35,840 bases of DNA from an uncultured beta proteobacterium (GCA_903886165.1 CAISLL010000168.1:1-35840); one strand, 5' to 3'. Shown: positions 18,209 to 28,510, counted from the first letter of the stretch. The notes: generated by a model not told the origin, from the letters alone. Made by a program: numbers and translations.

Positions 18209-20263
18209 ATGGCGTCCAAACCTGACCTCTCTGAATTACTGGAGGCGCTCGACCCACTTGCCGACCTGGCGCACCGGCACCTCTGGCTGATAGACCTGCT
18301 GGCCTGGGTACGCGGCGGCGGCGACTCGGTGCCGCGCTCGGTGGCACGCGTCACCTTGCTGCTTGATGCCCTGGAGCAGCGTCCTGGGGAACGTGCCAAG
18401 CTGCAGGCCTGGTGGCAGGTGCTGCTGGGCACGGTGGATGCCACCGCCTTGCTGGCGGACTTTGGGTTTTCTTCCCGCAGCGCCTTTGCCAGTGAACTGG
18501 CCGAGCGCCTGCGTCTGAAGTGGCTGCCTGGCACCCCTGAAACCACCGATGCCTCCAGCCTGTTTTCGCTGGTGTTGTGCAACAAGTTTGATGCCCAGTG
18601 GCTCAACGCCCTGGACGACAGCGTCCTGGCGCGACTGGCAACGCTGCTGCAAGTCAGCTGCGACGAGGTCAACAGTGGCAACTGCGGCTGGATCCCTGAT
18701 GCCGGGCAACACCGGGTGTCACCCTGGCAAGCCACCTTGCTCGAAGCCCTGACCTTTTGCACCAGCCAAATACGGGCCACCGGTTTTTCTCCCGAATTGC
18801 GTTTGCGCATGAGTGCGCCCGCGCGTGAAACCGCCCCGTTTCACGCCCTTGACAGCGACGTGATCGCACTGCAGGCGGCTTTTCTGGCCGAGCCACAGCA
18901 GCATGGACCGGCGCGCCAGGCCGCATTGCAGCAATACGTGACCCGGCTGGAACTCTGCCGCCAGGCCGCGGCCTCGGTGTACACCCATCTGGATGCAAAT
19001 GGCATTTCGGTCAACCTGGTGTTTCAGTTGCGCCAACTTCGCACACGGGTGCTGCGCATTCGCGCATTGCTGGACTGCCTGATGCATGACGAGCCCCAGC
19101 GCCACACGGCCCAGCTGCTGGCGCAACTGGTGCTGATCGGACAAGAACGCCGCAGCGTGCGTGCGCTGATCACCGCCAATTCGTCCATGCTGGCGGCCAA
19201 AGTGGCCGAGCGCAGCTCGGAAACCGGTGAGCATTACATCACCCGCACCCGGGCCGAATATTTCCAGATGCTGCGCGATGCCGCAGGCGGCGGCGCCGTG
19301 ATCTCCCTGACCACGCTGCTGAAATTTTTCGTGGTCTCTCTGGGTTTGTCAGCCTTCTGGGGCGGCTTTTTCAACGGCCTGAACTACGCCGCCAGTTTTG
19401 TCCTGGTGCAGATGCTGCACTGGACGGTGGCCACCAAACAACCCGCCATGACGGCGCCCGCCATGGCGGCCAAACTCAAGGAACTGGGCACGCCCGAGGC
19501 GGTAGAAGGCTTTGTCGACCAAGTGGCGCATTTGTTTCGTTCTCAAATCGCGGCCATTGTGGGCAACCTGGCATTGGTGGTGCCCGGCGTGCTGGCCATC
19601 AGTGGCGCACTCTGGCTGGCCTTTGGCGCGCCCATGATTGACGCCAAAACAGCTGCCTATGTGCTGCACAGCCTGGACCTGCGCGGCCCGACCGTCCTGT
19701 TTGCGGCCTTCACCGGCGTGCTGCTGTTTGCCTCCAGCATCATTGCCGGCTGGGTGGAAAACTGGTTTGTGCTGAACCGGCTGGACTCCGCCGTTCGCTT
19801 CAACCCCCGGTTTACCCGCGTGCTGGGGGCCCCCCGCGCGGACCGCTGGGCCAACTTCATGCGCCGCAACATTTCCGGTCTGGCGTCCAACATCTCACTG
19901 GGCTTCATGCTCGGGCTGGTGCCAGCGTTTGCCGCGTTTTTCGGCCTCGGGCTGGATGTGCGCCATGTGACGCTCTCCACCGGCCAGATTGCGGCTGCGG
20001 CGGCCAGCCTGGGGCTGGACATCTTCCGGCAAAGCGCGATGTGGTGGGCGCTGGCCAGCATTGTGTTCATTGGTGTGCTGAACCTGGGCGTGAGTTTTTA
20101 CCTGGCGTTCCGCCTGGCACTGCGGGCTCACAACGTCAGCGGGGTAGACCGCCAACGCATCGGACTGGCCATCAAGACGCGCATGCGGCACCGTCTGGGC
20201 GGTTTTTTCTGGCCCGCAGCCGAGCCAGCAACCACACCGGCAAAAGACCCAGACCATGGGTGA
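18209..20263 (+). CDS. Gcr / 'SpecificRecomb' family integral membrane protein (usually annotated site-specific recombinase)
   Basis: TGEHYITR, AAGGG, LNYA, ATKQPAMTA, IAGWVEN, DVRHVTLSTG, LNLGVSF; C-terminal half strongly hydrophobic. Confidence 0.82.
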   Translation: MASKPDLSELLEALDPLADLAHRHLWLIDLLAWVRGGGDSVPRSVARVTLLLDALEQRPGERAKLQAWWQVLLGTVDATALLADFGFSSRSAFASELAERLRLKWLPGTPETTDASSLFSLVLCNKFDAQWLNALDDSVLARLATLLQVSCDEVNSGNCGWIPDAGQHRVSPWQATLLEALTFCTSQIRATGFSPELRLRMSAPARETAPFHALDSDVIALQAAFLAEPQQHGPARQAALQQYVTRLELCRQAAASVYTHLDANGISVNLVFQLRQLRTRVLRIRALLDCLMHDEPQRHTAQLLAQLVLIGQERRSVRALITANSSMLAAKVAERSSETGEHYITRTRAEYFQMLRDAAGGGAVISLTTLLKFFVVSLGLSAFWGGFFNGLNYAASFVLVQMLHWTVATKQPAMTAPAMAAKLKELGTPEAVEGFVDQVAHLFRSQIAAIVGNLALVVPGVLAISGALWLAFGAPMIDAKTAAYVLHSLDLRGPTVLFAAFTGVLLFASSIIAGWVENWFVLNRLDSAVRFNPRFTRVLGAPRADRWANFMRRNISGLASNISLGFMLGLVPAFAAFFGLGLDVRHVTLSTGQIAAAAASLGLDIFRQSAMWWALASIVFIGVLNLGVSFYLAFRLALRAHNVSGVDRQRIGLAIKTRMRHRLGGFFWPAAEPATTPAKDPDHG

Positions 20264-21332
20264 ATTCGACCTGATTGCGCGCTATTTCAAGCGCCCGACA
20301 CGCCAGGCGGCGCTGGGTATTGGCGACGACTGTGCGCTGCTGCAACCGACGCCCGGATGCCAATTGGCCGTGTCATGTGACATGCTGGTGCAGGGCCGTC
20401 ACTTTTTTGCCGACGTTGATCCGCGCACCCTGGGCCACAAGGCGCTGGCCGTGAACCTGAGCGATCTCGCCGCGTGTGGCGCCAAACCGCTGGCCTTCAC
20501 CCTGGCGCTTGCCCTGCCCGAGGTGAACGAGGCTTGGCTGGAAGCATTTTCGCAAGGACTGTTTGCACTGGCCGACCGCCACGGCTGCGAGCTGATTGGC
20601 GGCGACACCACCGCCGGGCCGCTGAACATCTGCATCACCGTCTTTGGCGAGGTGCCAGTCCCCGGCGGACGGTCGCAGGCCTTGTTGCGCAGCGGTGCCA
20701 AAGCGGGTGATGACCTGTATGTGAGCGGAACGGTGGGCGACGCGCGCCTGGCGCTGGATGTGCGTCTTGGCAAGTTGTGCCTGCCTGCCGAGGCCCCGGC
20801 GATGATGGCGGCGAGCGCCCCGTCAAACACAGCGGCCGCCACAAGCGCGCCAATCAGCGAATTGAGCCAGGTGCTGGATTTTGCCCACGCCCGGCTGGAA
20901 ACACCGACACCGCGCGTGGCGCTGGGACTGGCCTTGCGCGGCGTTGCCACGTCAGCAATTGATGTCAGCGACGGGCTGCTGGGCGACCTTGGCCACATAC
21001 TGGAACGCTCCCGGGTAGGCGCCTCGGTGGACGCCGATGAAGCTATTAAATCAATAGCTTCTTACGCTTATTTCAAAAGGTCTAAAGGCCAATATTTCAT
21101 CAATCTATCAAGTGAACAATGGCGCACGCTCGCGCTCGCGGGCGGGGACGACTACGAGTTGCTCTTCACCGCCCCACCGGCCCAGCGTGACGCGGTGCAA
21201 GCCGCGGCCCTGACCAGCCAAACCCCGGTGCGCCGCATCGGGCAGATCGACACCGAACCCGGCTTACGCGTGGTGGATGCGCAAGGCCATCTGCTGCCCA
21301 ACCGCTACAAATCCTTTGACCACTTTGCCTGA
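20256..21332 (+). CDS. thiL: Thiamine-monophosphate kinase
   Basis: MGEFDLI, GIGDDCA, NLSDLAA, GGDTT, IDVSDGL, GGDDYELLFT, C-terminal FDHF. Confidence 0.97.
   Translation: MGEFDLIARYFKRPTRQAALGIGDDCALLQPTPGCQLAVSCDMLVQGRHFFADVDPRTLGHKALAVNLSDLAACGAKPLAFTLALALPEVNEAWLEAFSQGLFALADRHGCELIGGDTTAGPLNICITVFGEVPVPGGRSQALLRSGAKAGDDLYVSGTVGDARLALDVRLGKLCLPAEAPAMMAASAPSNTAAATSAPISELSQVLDFAHARLETPTPRVALGLALRGVATSAIDVSDGLLGDLGHILERSRVGASVDADEAIKSIASYAYFKRSKGQYFINLSSEQWRTLALAGGDDYELLFTAPPAQRDAVQAAALTSQTPVRRIGQIDTEPGLRVVDAQGHLLPNRYKSFDHFA
21042..21100 (+). repeat. Dispersed palindromic element copy, sense and in frame, in thiL
   Basis: GCTATTAAATCAATAGC TTCTTACGC TTATTTCAAA AGGTCTAAAGGC forms an abrupt AT-rich island in a GC-rich gene and encodes AIKSIASYAYFKRSKGQYF. 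Confidence 0.8.
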
Positions 21333-21341
21333 GGCTTCGAC

Positions 21342-22070
21342 TCAGTTGAGCACCTGCCAGACCAGGCCCAAGCCAAGCGCCCACAGGTCAACACCCGGCG
21401 AACTGTCGCCCGGCAAGGAAATCTCGCCACGTTGTCTGGCGTCGCGCTGTGCCTGTGCACGGTCACGCTCAAGCATGACCAAGGCATCTGCCAGCTGCGG
21501 CGCATTGACCACGCCCGCGCTGCTGGCGGCTTTGGCGTAACCGCTCAAAGCCTGCTCCACCGCCTTCGGGTCCAGCAGGGAAAACGCTGAGCGGCAGTGC
21601 GGACAGGCATGGTCTTTGCGCAGATCGACCGGGGCACCGCAACTGGTGCAGTAAATGACGGCCACGCGCCGCGCCATGTCGTCGATCTCTGGCTTGGTCA
21701 ACTGGCGCACAAAACCTTTTTCGATCATGAAGCTGGAAAAAGCACTGAAACGGCCATGGCGCTGCGGGCAGCGGTAGGTGATGTAGCGGCCGCTCTTGAC
21801 CACGTCAAAGCCCTGCGCCAGCGCGCGGTGGCAATGCGGACAGTCCATCTTCAGGGCCAGGGCTTGCCGGGTGTCATCTTGGTGCGCATGCAGCAGGCGA
21901 AACAGCTCGACCACGGCCGACGGCGAAAGCTTCAGGTTCTCTTGCGGGTCAAACCAGATGCCGTGGCAGGCAAAACACACATCCAGCAACACATCGCCGC
22001 CACTCACGCTGGACAGCGCATGTTTCTCCATCAACGTGTGGCAAGAAGGGCATGGGCGGGGATGTGGCAT
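21342..22070 (-). CDS. Uncharacterised multi-zinc-ribbon protein (zf-TFIIB-like N-terminus)
   Basis: CPSC..CFAC-HGIWFD, CPHC..CPQRH, CTSC..CPHC give three putative Zn sites. Confidence 0.8.
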   Translation of the reverse strand: MPHPRPCPSCHTLMEKHALSSVSGGDVLLDVCFACHGIWFDPQENLKLSPSAVVELFRLLHAHQDDTRQALALKMDCPHCHRALAQGFDVVKSGRYITYRCPQRHGRFSAFSSFMIEKGFVRQLTKPEIDDMARRVAVIYCTSCGAPVDLRKDHACPHCRSAFSLLDPKAVEQALSGYAKAASSAGVVNAPQLADALVMLERDRAQAQRDARQRGEISLPGDSSPGVDLWALGLGLVWQVLN

Positions 22071-22131
22071 GACGGGCTTGGCGCTCAGCGCGTGTGGGTG
22101 ATTTGGTCAGCTCAAAATTTGGGTCTGCATG

Positions 22132-23217
22132 TCATTTGATGGCCATGGGTGCGGCCACCCGTGGCTTGCCGGTGCCGGCGCATGCGTGGCACAGCTCGAA
22201 CGCCAGTTTTTGCAAGGCCAGCCAGGGCTCGGTTGGCCAGTCCGGCACTTTCAATCCCTTGACAATGCCATCCACTTGATGGGCCGCCTGCAGCAAGCCT
22301 GCCAGGGCGCTATCGGTCAAACGCGGCAATACCCGTTCAAACAGCCGTTCTTTGTTGCCCCAGACGCGCTGCTCACGCAGGGCCATTGGCATCGGACTGC
22401 CCCGGTGAATGGCGTCCTTGACCCGTTTCAGAGCCCGAATGTCTTCCGCCAGCGTGTAGTGCACCAGCACAGCGGCTTCACCTTCCGCCTGCAGGCCGTC
22501 CAGCATGCGCTGCACCCGCGCATGCTGGCCCGCCAGCACCGCCTCAGACAACTTGAACACGTCATAACGCGCCACATGGAGGACCGCACCCTCAATCTGC
22601 TCAAAGCTCAACTCGCCTGCGGGGTGCAGGAGTGCAAGTTTCTGGATTTCCTGGTGGGCGGCCAACAGATTGCCTTCGACCCGGTCGGCAAAAAACTGCA
22701 GGCTGCGCTGGCCTTCCACCCCCGCCGCCACACGCTGGCCTTGCGCGGCCAGACGCTGGGCGATCCACTGTGGCAACGCAGTGCGCTCCACAGGCGCCAC
22801 TTCCAGAGTAATGCCGCTTTCAAGCGCCATAAACCAGGCCGCTGCTTTTGTGGTGCGGTCGAGCCGGGGCAGGATCACCAGGGTCAAGGTACTGTCGTTG
22901 CCACGCGCCTGCTCGGTGAGTTGCTGCAAGGCAGCGCTGCCCTCTTTGCCAGGCTTACCCGACGGTATACGCAGCTCAAGAATCTGCTTGTCGGCAAACA
23001 GACTCATCGAACCTCCTGCCGCGAGCACCTCGCTCCAGTCAAAGTGGGCACCTGACACGGTGTGCGAGGTACGCTCGGTAAAACCCTGGGCGCGCGCCGC
23101 ACCCCGAATGGCGTCCAGTGCTTCCTGAATCAGCAAAGGCTCGTCGCCGTGCAAGGTGTACAGGCTGTTCAAACCCTTGTTCAAATGGGCGGCTAAATGG
23201 GTGGGCTGGAGTTGCAT
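22132..23217 (-). CDS. holA: DNA polymerase III delta subunit
   Basis: LHGDEPLL, SLFADK, GNLLAAHQEIQKL; downstream of leuS-lptE. Confidence 0.95.
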   Translation of the reverse strand: MQLQPTHLAAHLNKGLNSLYTLHGDEPLLIQEALDAIRGAARAQGFTERTSHTVSGAHFDWSEVLAAGGSMSLFADKQILELRIPSGKPGKEGSAALQQLTEQARGNDSTLTLVILPRLDRTTKAAAWFMALESGITLEVAPVERTALPQWIAQRLAAQGQRVAAGVEGQRSLQFFADRVEGNLLAAHQEIQKLALLHPAGELSFEQIEGAVLHVARYDVFKLSEAVLAGQHARVQRMLDGLQAEGEAAVLVHYTLAEDIRALKRVKDAIHRGSPMPMALREQRVWGNKERLFERVLPRLTDSALAGLLQAAHQVDGIVKGLKVPDWPTEPWLALQKLAFELCHACAGTGKPRVAAPMAIK

Positions 23218-23237
23218 CGCGGTCTGACCAATGCCGC

Positions 23238-23786
23238 TTATTCGAGCTGCGTGGCTTGAACGGAAACCAGGCGTCGCAAAATCTGCTGCACGATGTCGGA
23301 CTGCATGTCACGGTACAGCAAGGCTTCCTCGGCTTCCTTGGCCAGCGCGGCGGTTTCGTTGTAGCTGATGTCGCGCCGCTGCAAGATTTCATCACCAGCG
23401 ATGATTTCCTTGCCATTGGCGGTGGTGAGGCGCAAATGCACGCGCAAGCGCAACTGAAATTCACGGACCTGGCCAGAGGTGTTGACACCCACCACGACTT
23501 TTTCCCGCGGATCTTCAGCCACTGTCAGCACCAGTTGGGCGCGCGCCAGCGGCTCATCGGGCGCCAGCACCTGCACCGCATTGCCAAACGACCGCCGCAA
23601 CTCCTGCGCGATGGCGCCACCGGGGTTGGGCATGATGGCGATACGGGTGAAGGCAAACGCCTGACTGCCGCGCAGCTTGAAGCCACAACCTGCCAAACCT
23701 GCGCTGCCGACCAGTGCGCCAGCAAGTTGCCCAAAGTTGCGCCGCGTGATCGGCAGGGCATGCGCCTTGGGTTTGGTGTGCGGCAT
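23238..23786 (-). CDS. lptE: LPS assembly lipoprotein LptE
   Basis: Lipobox LAG/C followed by GFKLRG; between leuS and holA. Confidence 0.93.
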   Translation of the reverse strand: MPHTKPKAHALPITRRNFGQLAGALVGSAGLAGCGFKLRGSQAFAFTRIAIMPNPGGAIAQELRRSFGNAVQVLAPDEPLARAQLVLTVAEDPREKVVVGVNTSGQVREFQLRLRVHLRLTTANGKEIIAGDEILQRRDISYNETAALAKEAEEALLYRDMQSDIVQQILRRLVSVQATQLE

Positions 23787-23788
23787 CG

Positions 23789-26488
23789 TCAGACCACCAG
23801 GTTGACGAGACGGCCCGGCACCACGATGACCTTCCTGGGCGCCGCGCCGTTGGCCAGTTTCTGAAACATCTCATGGGCAAGGGCGGCCTGCTCGATGGCT
23901 GCCTTGTCGGCACTCGCGCTCACCACAATAGAGCCACGCAGCTTGCCATTGACCTGCAACATCAGTTCAATCTCGTCCTGCACCAGCGCATCAGGGTCCA
24001 CCTTGGGCCAGGTGGCATCCAGCAAATCACCCAGTTGGCTGGCGTAACCCAATTCTGACCACAAGCTGTGGGCCAGGTGCGGTGTGACCGGGTACAGGCA
24101 GCGCAGCAAGATACCAAAACCTTCGATCAACGCCACTTGTGCACCAGCGCAGTCCATCGCCTTGAAATCGTCCAGGGCGTTGATCATCTTCATGGCACCG
24201 GAGACCACGGTGTTGTACTGCATGCGCTGGTAGTCGTAGTCAACCTGTTTGAGCACCGTGTGAAGCTCCAGCCGCAGGGCCTTGGCCTCTTTCCCGAAAA
24301 TTAGCTCTTTTAGGCTTGTAGCTCCTGCCACACTTGCGTTAGTAGCTACCAAATCCATAGTTGATAACTTGACACCAAAGTTCCAGACCCGGCGCAGGAA
24401 ACGGTAGCTGCCTTCCACCGCAGCATCATTCCACTCGAGCGTGGCCTCGGGCGGCGCGGTGAACATGGTGTACAGGCGGGCGGTGTCGGCACCGTATTTC
24501 TCGATCAGGTCCTGCGGATCCACGCCATTGTTTTTCGACTTGGACATGGTGCCCACGCCCTCGTAGTCAATGGGTGTGCCCACCGGCAAACCATCCACCG
24601 CATTTTTTAGCTTGGCACCTGTGACCTTGCCGGCGTCGTCAAATACATGTTCCACATCATGAGGCCAGAAGTATTCTTTGCCACCCTTCTCGGTGCGGCG
24701 GCTGTAAATGTGGTTCAACACCATGCCTTGTGTGAGCAGTCTGGTGAACGGTTCATCCACCTTGACCAAGCCCAGATCACGCATCACCTTGGTCCAGAAA
24801 CGCGCGTACAACAGGTGCAGGATGGCGTGCTCGATACCGCCAATGTACTGGTCCATCGGCATCCAGTAGTCTGCCCCCGCACCGACCATGGCCTGGTCGT
24901 CCTTGGGGTCGCAGTAACGCATGAAATACCACGAACTGTCGACAAAGGTATCCATCGTGTCGGTCTCGCGCCGGGCCGACTTGCCACAGACCGGGCAAGT
25001 AACGTCGGCGTGAAACGCCTCGCACTTGTTCAGCGGGTTACCCGAGCCGTCCGGCACCAGATCGTCCGGCAACACTACCGGCAGGTCTTTTTCAGGCACC
25101 GGCACGGCACCGTGTTCGTCACAATGAATGATCGGGATCGGTGTGCCCCAGTAACGCTGGCGACTCACACCCCAGTCACGCAGGCGCCAGGTGACTTTTT
25201 TCTCACCCAGGCCCAAGGCTGCCAGATCTGCCGCCACGGCATCTACACAGGCCTGAAATGGCAGGCCGTTGTATTTGCCGGAATTGACCGCGATGCCAGC
25301 GCCCTTTTCCGCATACCAGTCTTGCCATGCCAATGCATCAAAGACCTCTGAATTGACCCCCACCACCGGCTTGATCGGCAAGGCGTACTTCAGGGCAAAT
25401 GCAAAATCCCGCTCGTCATGCGCAGGCACACCCATCACCGCGCCGTCGCCATAACTCATCAGCACATAGTTGCCAACCCACACCTCCACCTTGTCGCCAG
25501 TCAATGGATGGGTCACAAACAGGCCGGTCGCCATGCCCTTTTTCTCTTGCGTGGCAAGTTCGGCCTCGGTGGTGCCGCCTTGCGCGCACTCCAAAATGAA
25601 AGCGGCCAGCTTCGGGTTGGTCGCCGCCGCGTGTGTGGCCAGGGGGTGCTCAGCGGCCACGGCACAAAAGGTCACACCCATGATGGTGTCAACCCGCGTG
25701 GTGAACACGTACATGCGACCGCCACCAATGGCCGCCCCATCGACACCGTTGATGTCATGGGTGAAGGCAAAACGCACACCTTCACTCTTGCCAATCCAGT
25801 TTTCCTGCATCAGCTTGACACGCTCGGGCCAGCCGGGCATCTTGTCGCCGGTCACATTGGCCAGCAATTCTTCCGCGTAATCGGTGATCTTGAGGTAATA
25901 ACCGGGAATCTCGCGTTTTTCCACCACCGCACCAGTGCGCCAGCCCTTGCCGTCAATCACCTGCTCATTGGCCAGCACCGTCATGTCAATCGGGTCCCAG
26001 TTCACCACCTGTGTCTTGCGGTAAGCGATGCCTTTTTCGAGCATCTTCAAAAACAGCCACTGGTTCCACTTGTAATACTCGGGCGTGCAAGTCGCTACCT
26101 CGCGGCTCCAGTCGATGGCCAGGCCCATGGCCTGCATCTGCTGCTTCATGTAAGCGATGTTCTCAAACGTCCACTTGGCCGGTGGCACGCCATTTTTCAG
26201 CGCGGCGTTTTCAGCCGGCAAACCAAAGGCGTCCCAGCCCATCGGCATCAACACGTTGTAGCCCTGCATGCGCAGCTGGCGCGTCAGCATGTCATTGATG
26301 GTGTAGTTGCGCACATGGCCCATGTGCAACTTGCCGCTGGGGTAAGGCAGCATGGAGCAGGCGTAGAACTTCTTCTTCGGCTTGCCGTTGACATCCAGCG
26401 CGTTCTCATTCACGCGGTAAGCGTCAAGCGCATTCCAGTGGGACTGGGCAGCAGGTTCAACGTCGAGGTGCTTGTATTTTTCTTGCAT
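23789..26488 (-). CDS. leuS: Leucyl-tRNA synthetase
   Basis: [15 protein letters not shown] editing motif, [22 protein letters not shown]-terminal [10 protein letters not shown]. Confidence 0.98.
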   Translation of the reverse strand: MQEKYKHLDVEPAAQSHWNALDAYRVNENALDVNGKPKKKFYACSMLPYPSGKLHMGHVRNYTINDMLTRQLRMQGYNVLMPMGWDAFGLPAENAALKNGVPPAKWTFENIAYMKQQMQAMGLAIDWSREVATCTPEYYKWNQWLFLKMLEKGIAYRKTQVVNWDPIDMTVLANEQVIDGKGWRTGAVVEKREIPGYYLKITDYAEELLANVTGDKMPGWPERVKLMQENWIGKSEGVRFAFTHDINGVDGAAIGGGRMYVFTTRVDTIMGVTFCAVAAEHPLATHAAATNPKLAAFILECAQGGTTEAELATQEKKGMATGLFVTHPLTGDKVEVWVGNYVLMSYGDGAVMGVPAHDERDFAFALKYALPIKPVVGVNSEVFDALAWQDWYAEKGAGIAVNSGKYNGLPFQACVDAVAADLAALGLGEKKVTWRLRDWGVSRQRYWGTPIPIIHCDEHGAVPVPEKDLPVVLPDDLVPDGSGNPLNKCEAFHADVTCPVCGKSARRETDTMDTFVDSSWYFMRYCDPKDDQAMVGAGADYWMPMDQYIGGIEHAILHLLYARFWTKVMRDLGLVKVDEPFTRLLTQGMVLNHIYSRRTEKGGKEYFWPHDVEHVFDDAGKVTGAKLKNAVDGLPVGTPIDYEGVGTMSKSKNNGVDPQDLIEKYGADTARLYTMFTAPPEATLEWNDAAVEGSYRFLRRVWNFGVKLSTMDLVATNASVAGATSLKELIFGKEAKALRLELHTVLKQVDYDYQRMQYNTVVSGAMKMINALDDFKAMDCAGAQVALIEGFGILLRCLYPVTPHLAHSLWSELGYASQLGDLLDATWPKVDPDALVQDEIELMLQVNGKLRGSIVVSASADKAAIEQAALAHEMFQKLANGAAPRKVIVVPGRLVNLVV
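24303..24361 (-). repeat. Dispersed palindromic element copy, sense and in frame, in leuS
   Basis: Minus strand ACTATGGATTTGGTAGC TACTAACGC AAGTGTGGCA GGAGCTACAAGC, encoding [19 protein letters not shown] in an AT-rich patch. Confidence 0.75.
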
Positions 26489-26544
26489 GGCGGTCTGGAG
26501 ATGCGGCGCGCGGCGCCGACTTTGGCTTGAAATAGACGGTGATT

Positions 26545-27018
26545 TTAGGGTTTGGCTGCAGGTGCCGCACCGGTCGGATCAGTCTGCGCAGCAGCACCTG
26601 CCGATGCAGACGCATCAGCGACAAAACCTATGCGGTTCAAACCTGCCTTTTGTGCTGTGCCCATCACCTCAACAATGCGGCCATAGGGCACGGTCTTATC
26701 CGCACGCAACAATACCTCGGTGTCGGGGTTGGCCTGAGCCGACGCGTTGAGCTGACGCGCCAACTCGTCCATGGCCACCGGTTGGTCCTTGAGAAAAGTC
26801 TGACCCGACGCGTCCATCACCACGGTGACTGACTTCGGTGCGTCGCCTGCTTTGGCGGCATCGGTCTTGGGCAAATCGAGCTTGATGGAACTGGCCAGCA
26901 GGGGCGCCGTGATGATGAAGATCACAACCAGCACCAGCATCACGTCAATCAGCGGCGTCATGTTGATGTCGCTCATGGGCTGAGCGGTATTGGTGCGATC
27001 CAGACGACCAAATGACAT
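26545..27018 (-). CDS. exbD: ExbD/TolR family protein
   Basis: [13 protein letters not shown] with the essential Asp, [10 protein letters not shown]. Confidence 0.9.
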   Translation of the reverse strand: MSFGRLDRTNTAQPMSDINMTPLIDVMLVLVVIFIITAPLLASSIKLDLPKTDAAKAGDAPKSVTVVMDASGQTFLKDQPVAMDELARQLNASAQANPDTEVLLRADKTVPYGRIVEVMGTAQKAGLNRIGFVADASASAGAAAQTDPTGAAPAAKP

Positions 27019-27039
27019 GGTGTGCCCTGATGTGAGGGG

Positions 27040-27690
27040 TCAGTGCAGTGCGACGCCGCTGCTGCCCAGTTCGCGCAGGTCGCGCGCAAAACCTTCCAGA
27101 TCAGCCTCAATGCGGTTGATCGCGCGGCCCTGAACATTGAAGGCCAACACCGCGGGTATGGCCACCATCAGACCGGCAGCTGTCATGATCAATGCCTCGC
27201 CCACAGGGCCGGAAATCTTGTCAATGGTGACCTGGCCTGCACTGGCAATGCCGATCAGGGCATGGTAGATGCCCCAGACCGTACCCAACAGGCCCACAAA
27301 CGGCGCAGTGGCACCGACCGTGGCTAGCAGCACCTGGCCGTGCTGCAACTTCGTCAGTGTCGCATGCAATGCATTACGCAATACACGGGTAAGTTGCTGG
27401 GACCGGTCACCGACACTGGCCAGACTGCCATTTGCTTCAAGCTTTGTAGCTACGACCATTGGAAGAACAAGGTTCTCTCGATCAAAAGCAGCAATTTTCT
27501 TGACAGCCTCATCGACTGTGGAAGACTGCCAGAACGAGGCCACACAACGTGCCATATCAACACTCGCCCGGTGCAGCAGCCATGATTTCCAAAAAATCAC
27601 CACCCAACTGCCCACAGACATTGCCAGCAAGAGCAACGCCACGGAGCGTGCCAATGCGTCGCCCTGCCAGAAAAATTGAGCCAGGTTCAT
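27040..27690 (-). CDS. exbB: MotA/TolQ/ExbB proton channel protein
   Basis: [29 protein letters not shown]. Confidence 0.9.
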   Translation of the reverse strand: MNLAQFFWQGDALARSVALLLLAMSVGSWVVIFWKSWLLHRASVDMARCVASFWQSSTVDEAVKKIAAFDRENLVLPMVVATKLEANGSLASVGDRSQQLTRVLRNALHATLTKLQHGQVLLATVGATAPFVGLLGTVWGIYHALIGIASAGQVTIDKISGPVGEALIMTAAGLMVAIPAVLAFNVQGRAINRIEADLEGFARDLRELGSSGVALH

Positions 27691-28502
27691 TTCAGGTTCA
27701 GCACATCGGCCATGTCAAACAATCCCGCCTTACGTCCATGTAAAAACCGCACCGCGCGCAGGCTGCCTTCGGCGTACGACACCCTGCTGCTGGACTTGTG
27801 ACTGATCTCGATGCGCTCCCCTGTGCCAGCAAAAAGCACGGTGTGATCACCCACGATGTCGCCACCGCGAATGGTGGCAAAACCGATGCTTGACGGGTCC
27901 CGCTCACCGGTGACCCCTTCACGGGCATAGACCGCGCAATCCTTCAGGTCACGACCAAGCGCACCGGCAATCACCTCGCCCATTTTCAGCGCGGTGCCAG
28001 AGGGCGCATCGACCTTATACCGGTGGTGGGCTTCAATGATTTCGATGTCATAACCCGTGTTCAATGTTTTGGCCGCCATTTCCAGCAGCTTCAAGGTCAC
28101 GTTCACACCCACGCTCATGTTAGGTGCCATGACAATGGCGATGTCTCTGGCCAGCTCGGCAATTTGCTGCTTTTGCGCATCACTGAAGCCCGTGGTGCCA
28201 ATCACTGCATTCACACCCAACGCACGGCACGCCTGCAGATGCGCCAGGGTGCCTTCTGGCCGCGTGAAATCAATCAGGACATGGGCGTGATTCAAGCCGG
28301 TGGTCAAGTCGGGGCTGATGGCGACGCCACTGCTGCGCCCCAAAAATGCTGCAGGGTCTTTGCCGATGGCCGGGCTGTCAGGCACCTCCAGCGCACCGCT
28401 GAGGCGGCAATCATCCGCATTCGACACGGCTTCGATCAGCATGCGGCCCATGCGCCCGCTGGCGCCAGCCACGCAAATCTGGTGAAGTGAAGCATCTTTC
28501 AT
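27687..28502 (-). CDS. dapB: 4-hydroxy-tetrahydrodipicolinate reductase
   Basis: [30 protein letters not shown]. Confidence 0.97.
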   Translation of the reverse strand: MKDASLHQICVAGASGRMGRMLIEAVSNADDCRLSGALEVPDSPAIGKDPAAFLGRSSGVAISPDLTTGLNHAHVLIDFTRPEGTLAHLQACRALGVNAVIGTTGFSDAQKQQIAELARDIAIVMAPNMSVGVNVTLKLLEMAAKTLNTGYDIEIIEAHHRYKVDAPSGTALKMGEVIAGALGRDLKDCAVYAREGVTGERDPSSIGFATIRGGDIVGDHTVLFAGTGERIEISHKSSSRVSYAEGSLRAVRFLHGRKAGLFDMADVLNLK

Positions 28503-28510
28503 GGTCACGC

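Noticed and set aside
18209-20263. Treating the Gcr-family gene as an integrase marking a mobile element
   Set aside because: No catalytic recombinase motif, att-like repeats, tRNA or composition shift; it is tightly coupled to housekeeping genes.
23730-23750. Twin-arginine-like TRRNF in the LptE signal peptide
   Set aside because: RR is common in lipoprotein n-regions and the Tat consensus is incomplete; nothing else supports Tat export.
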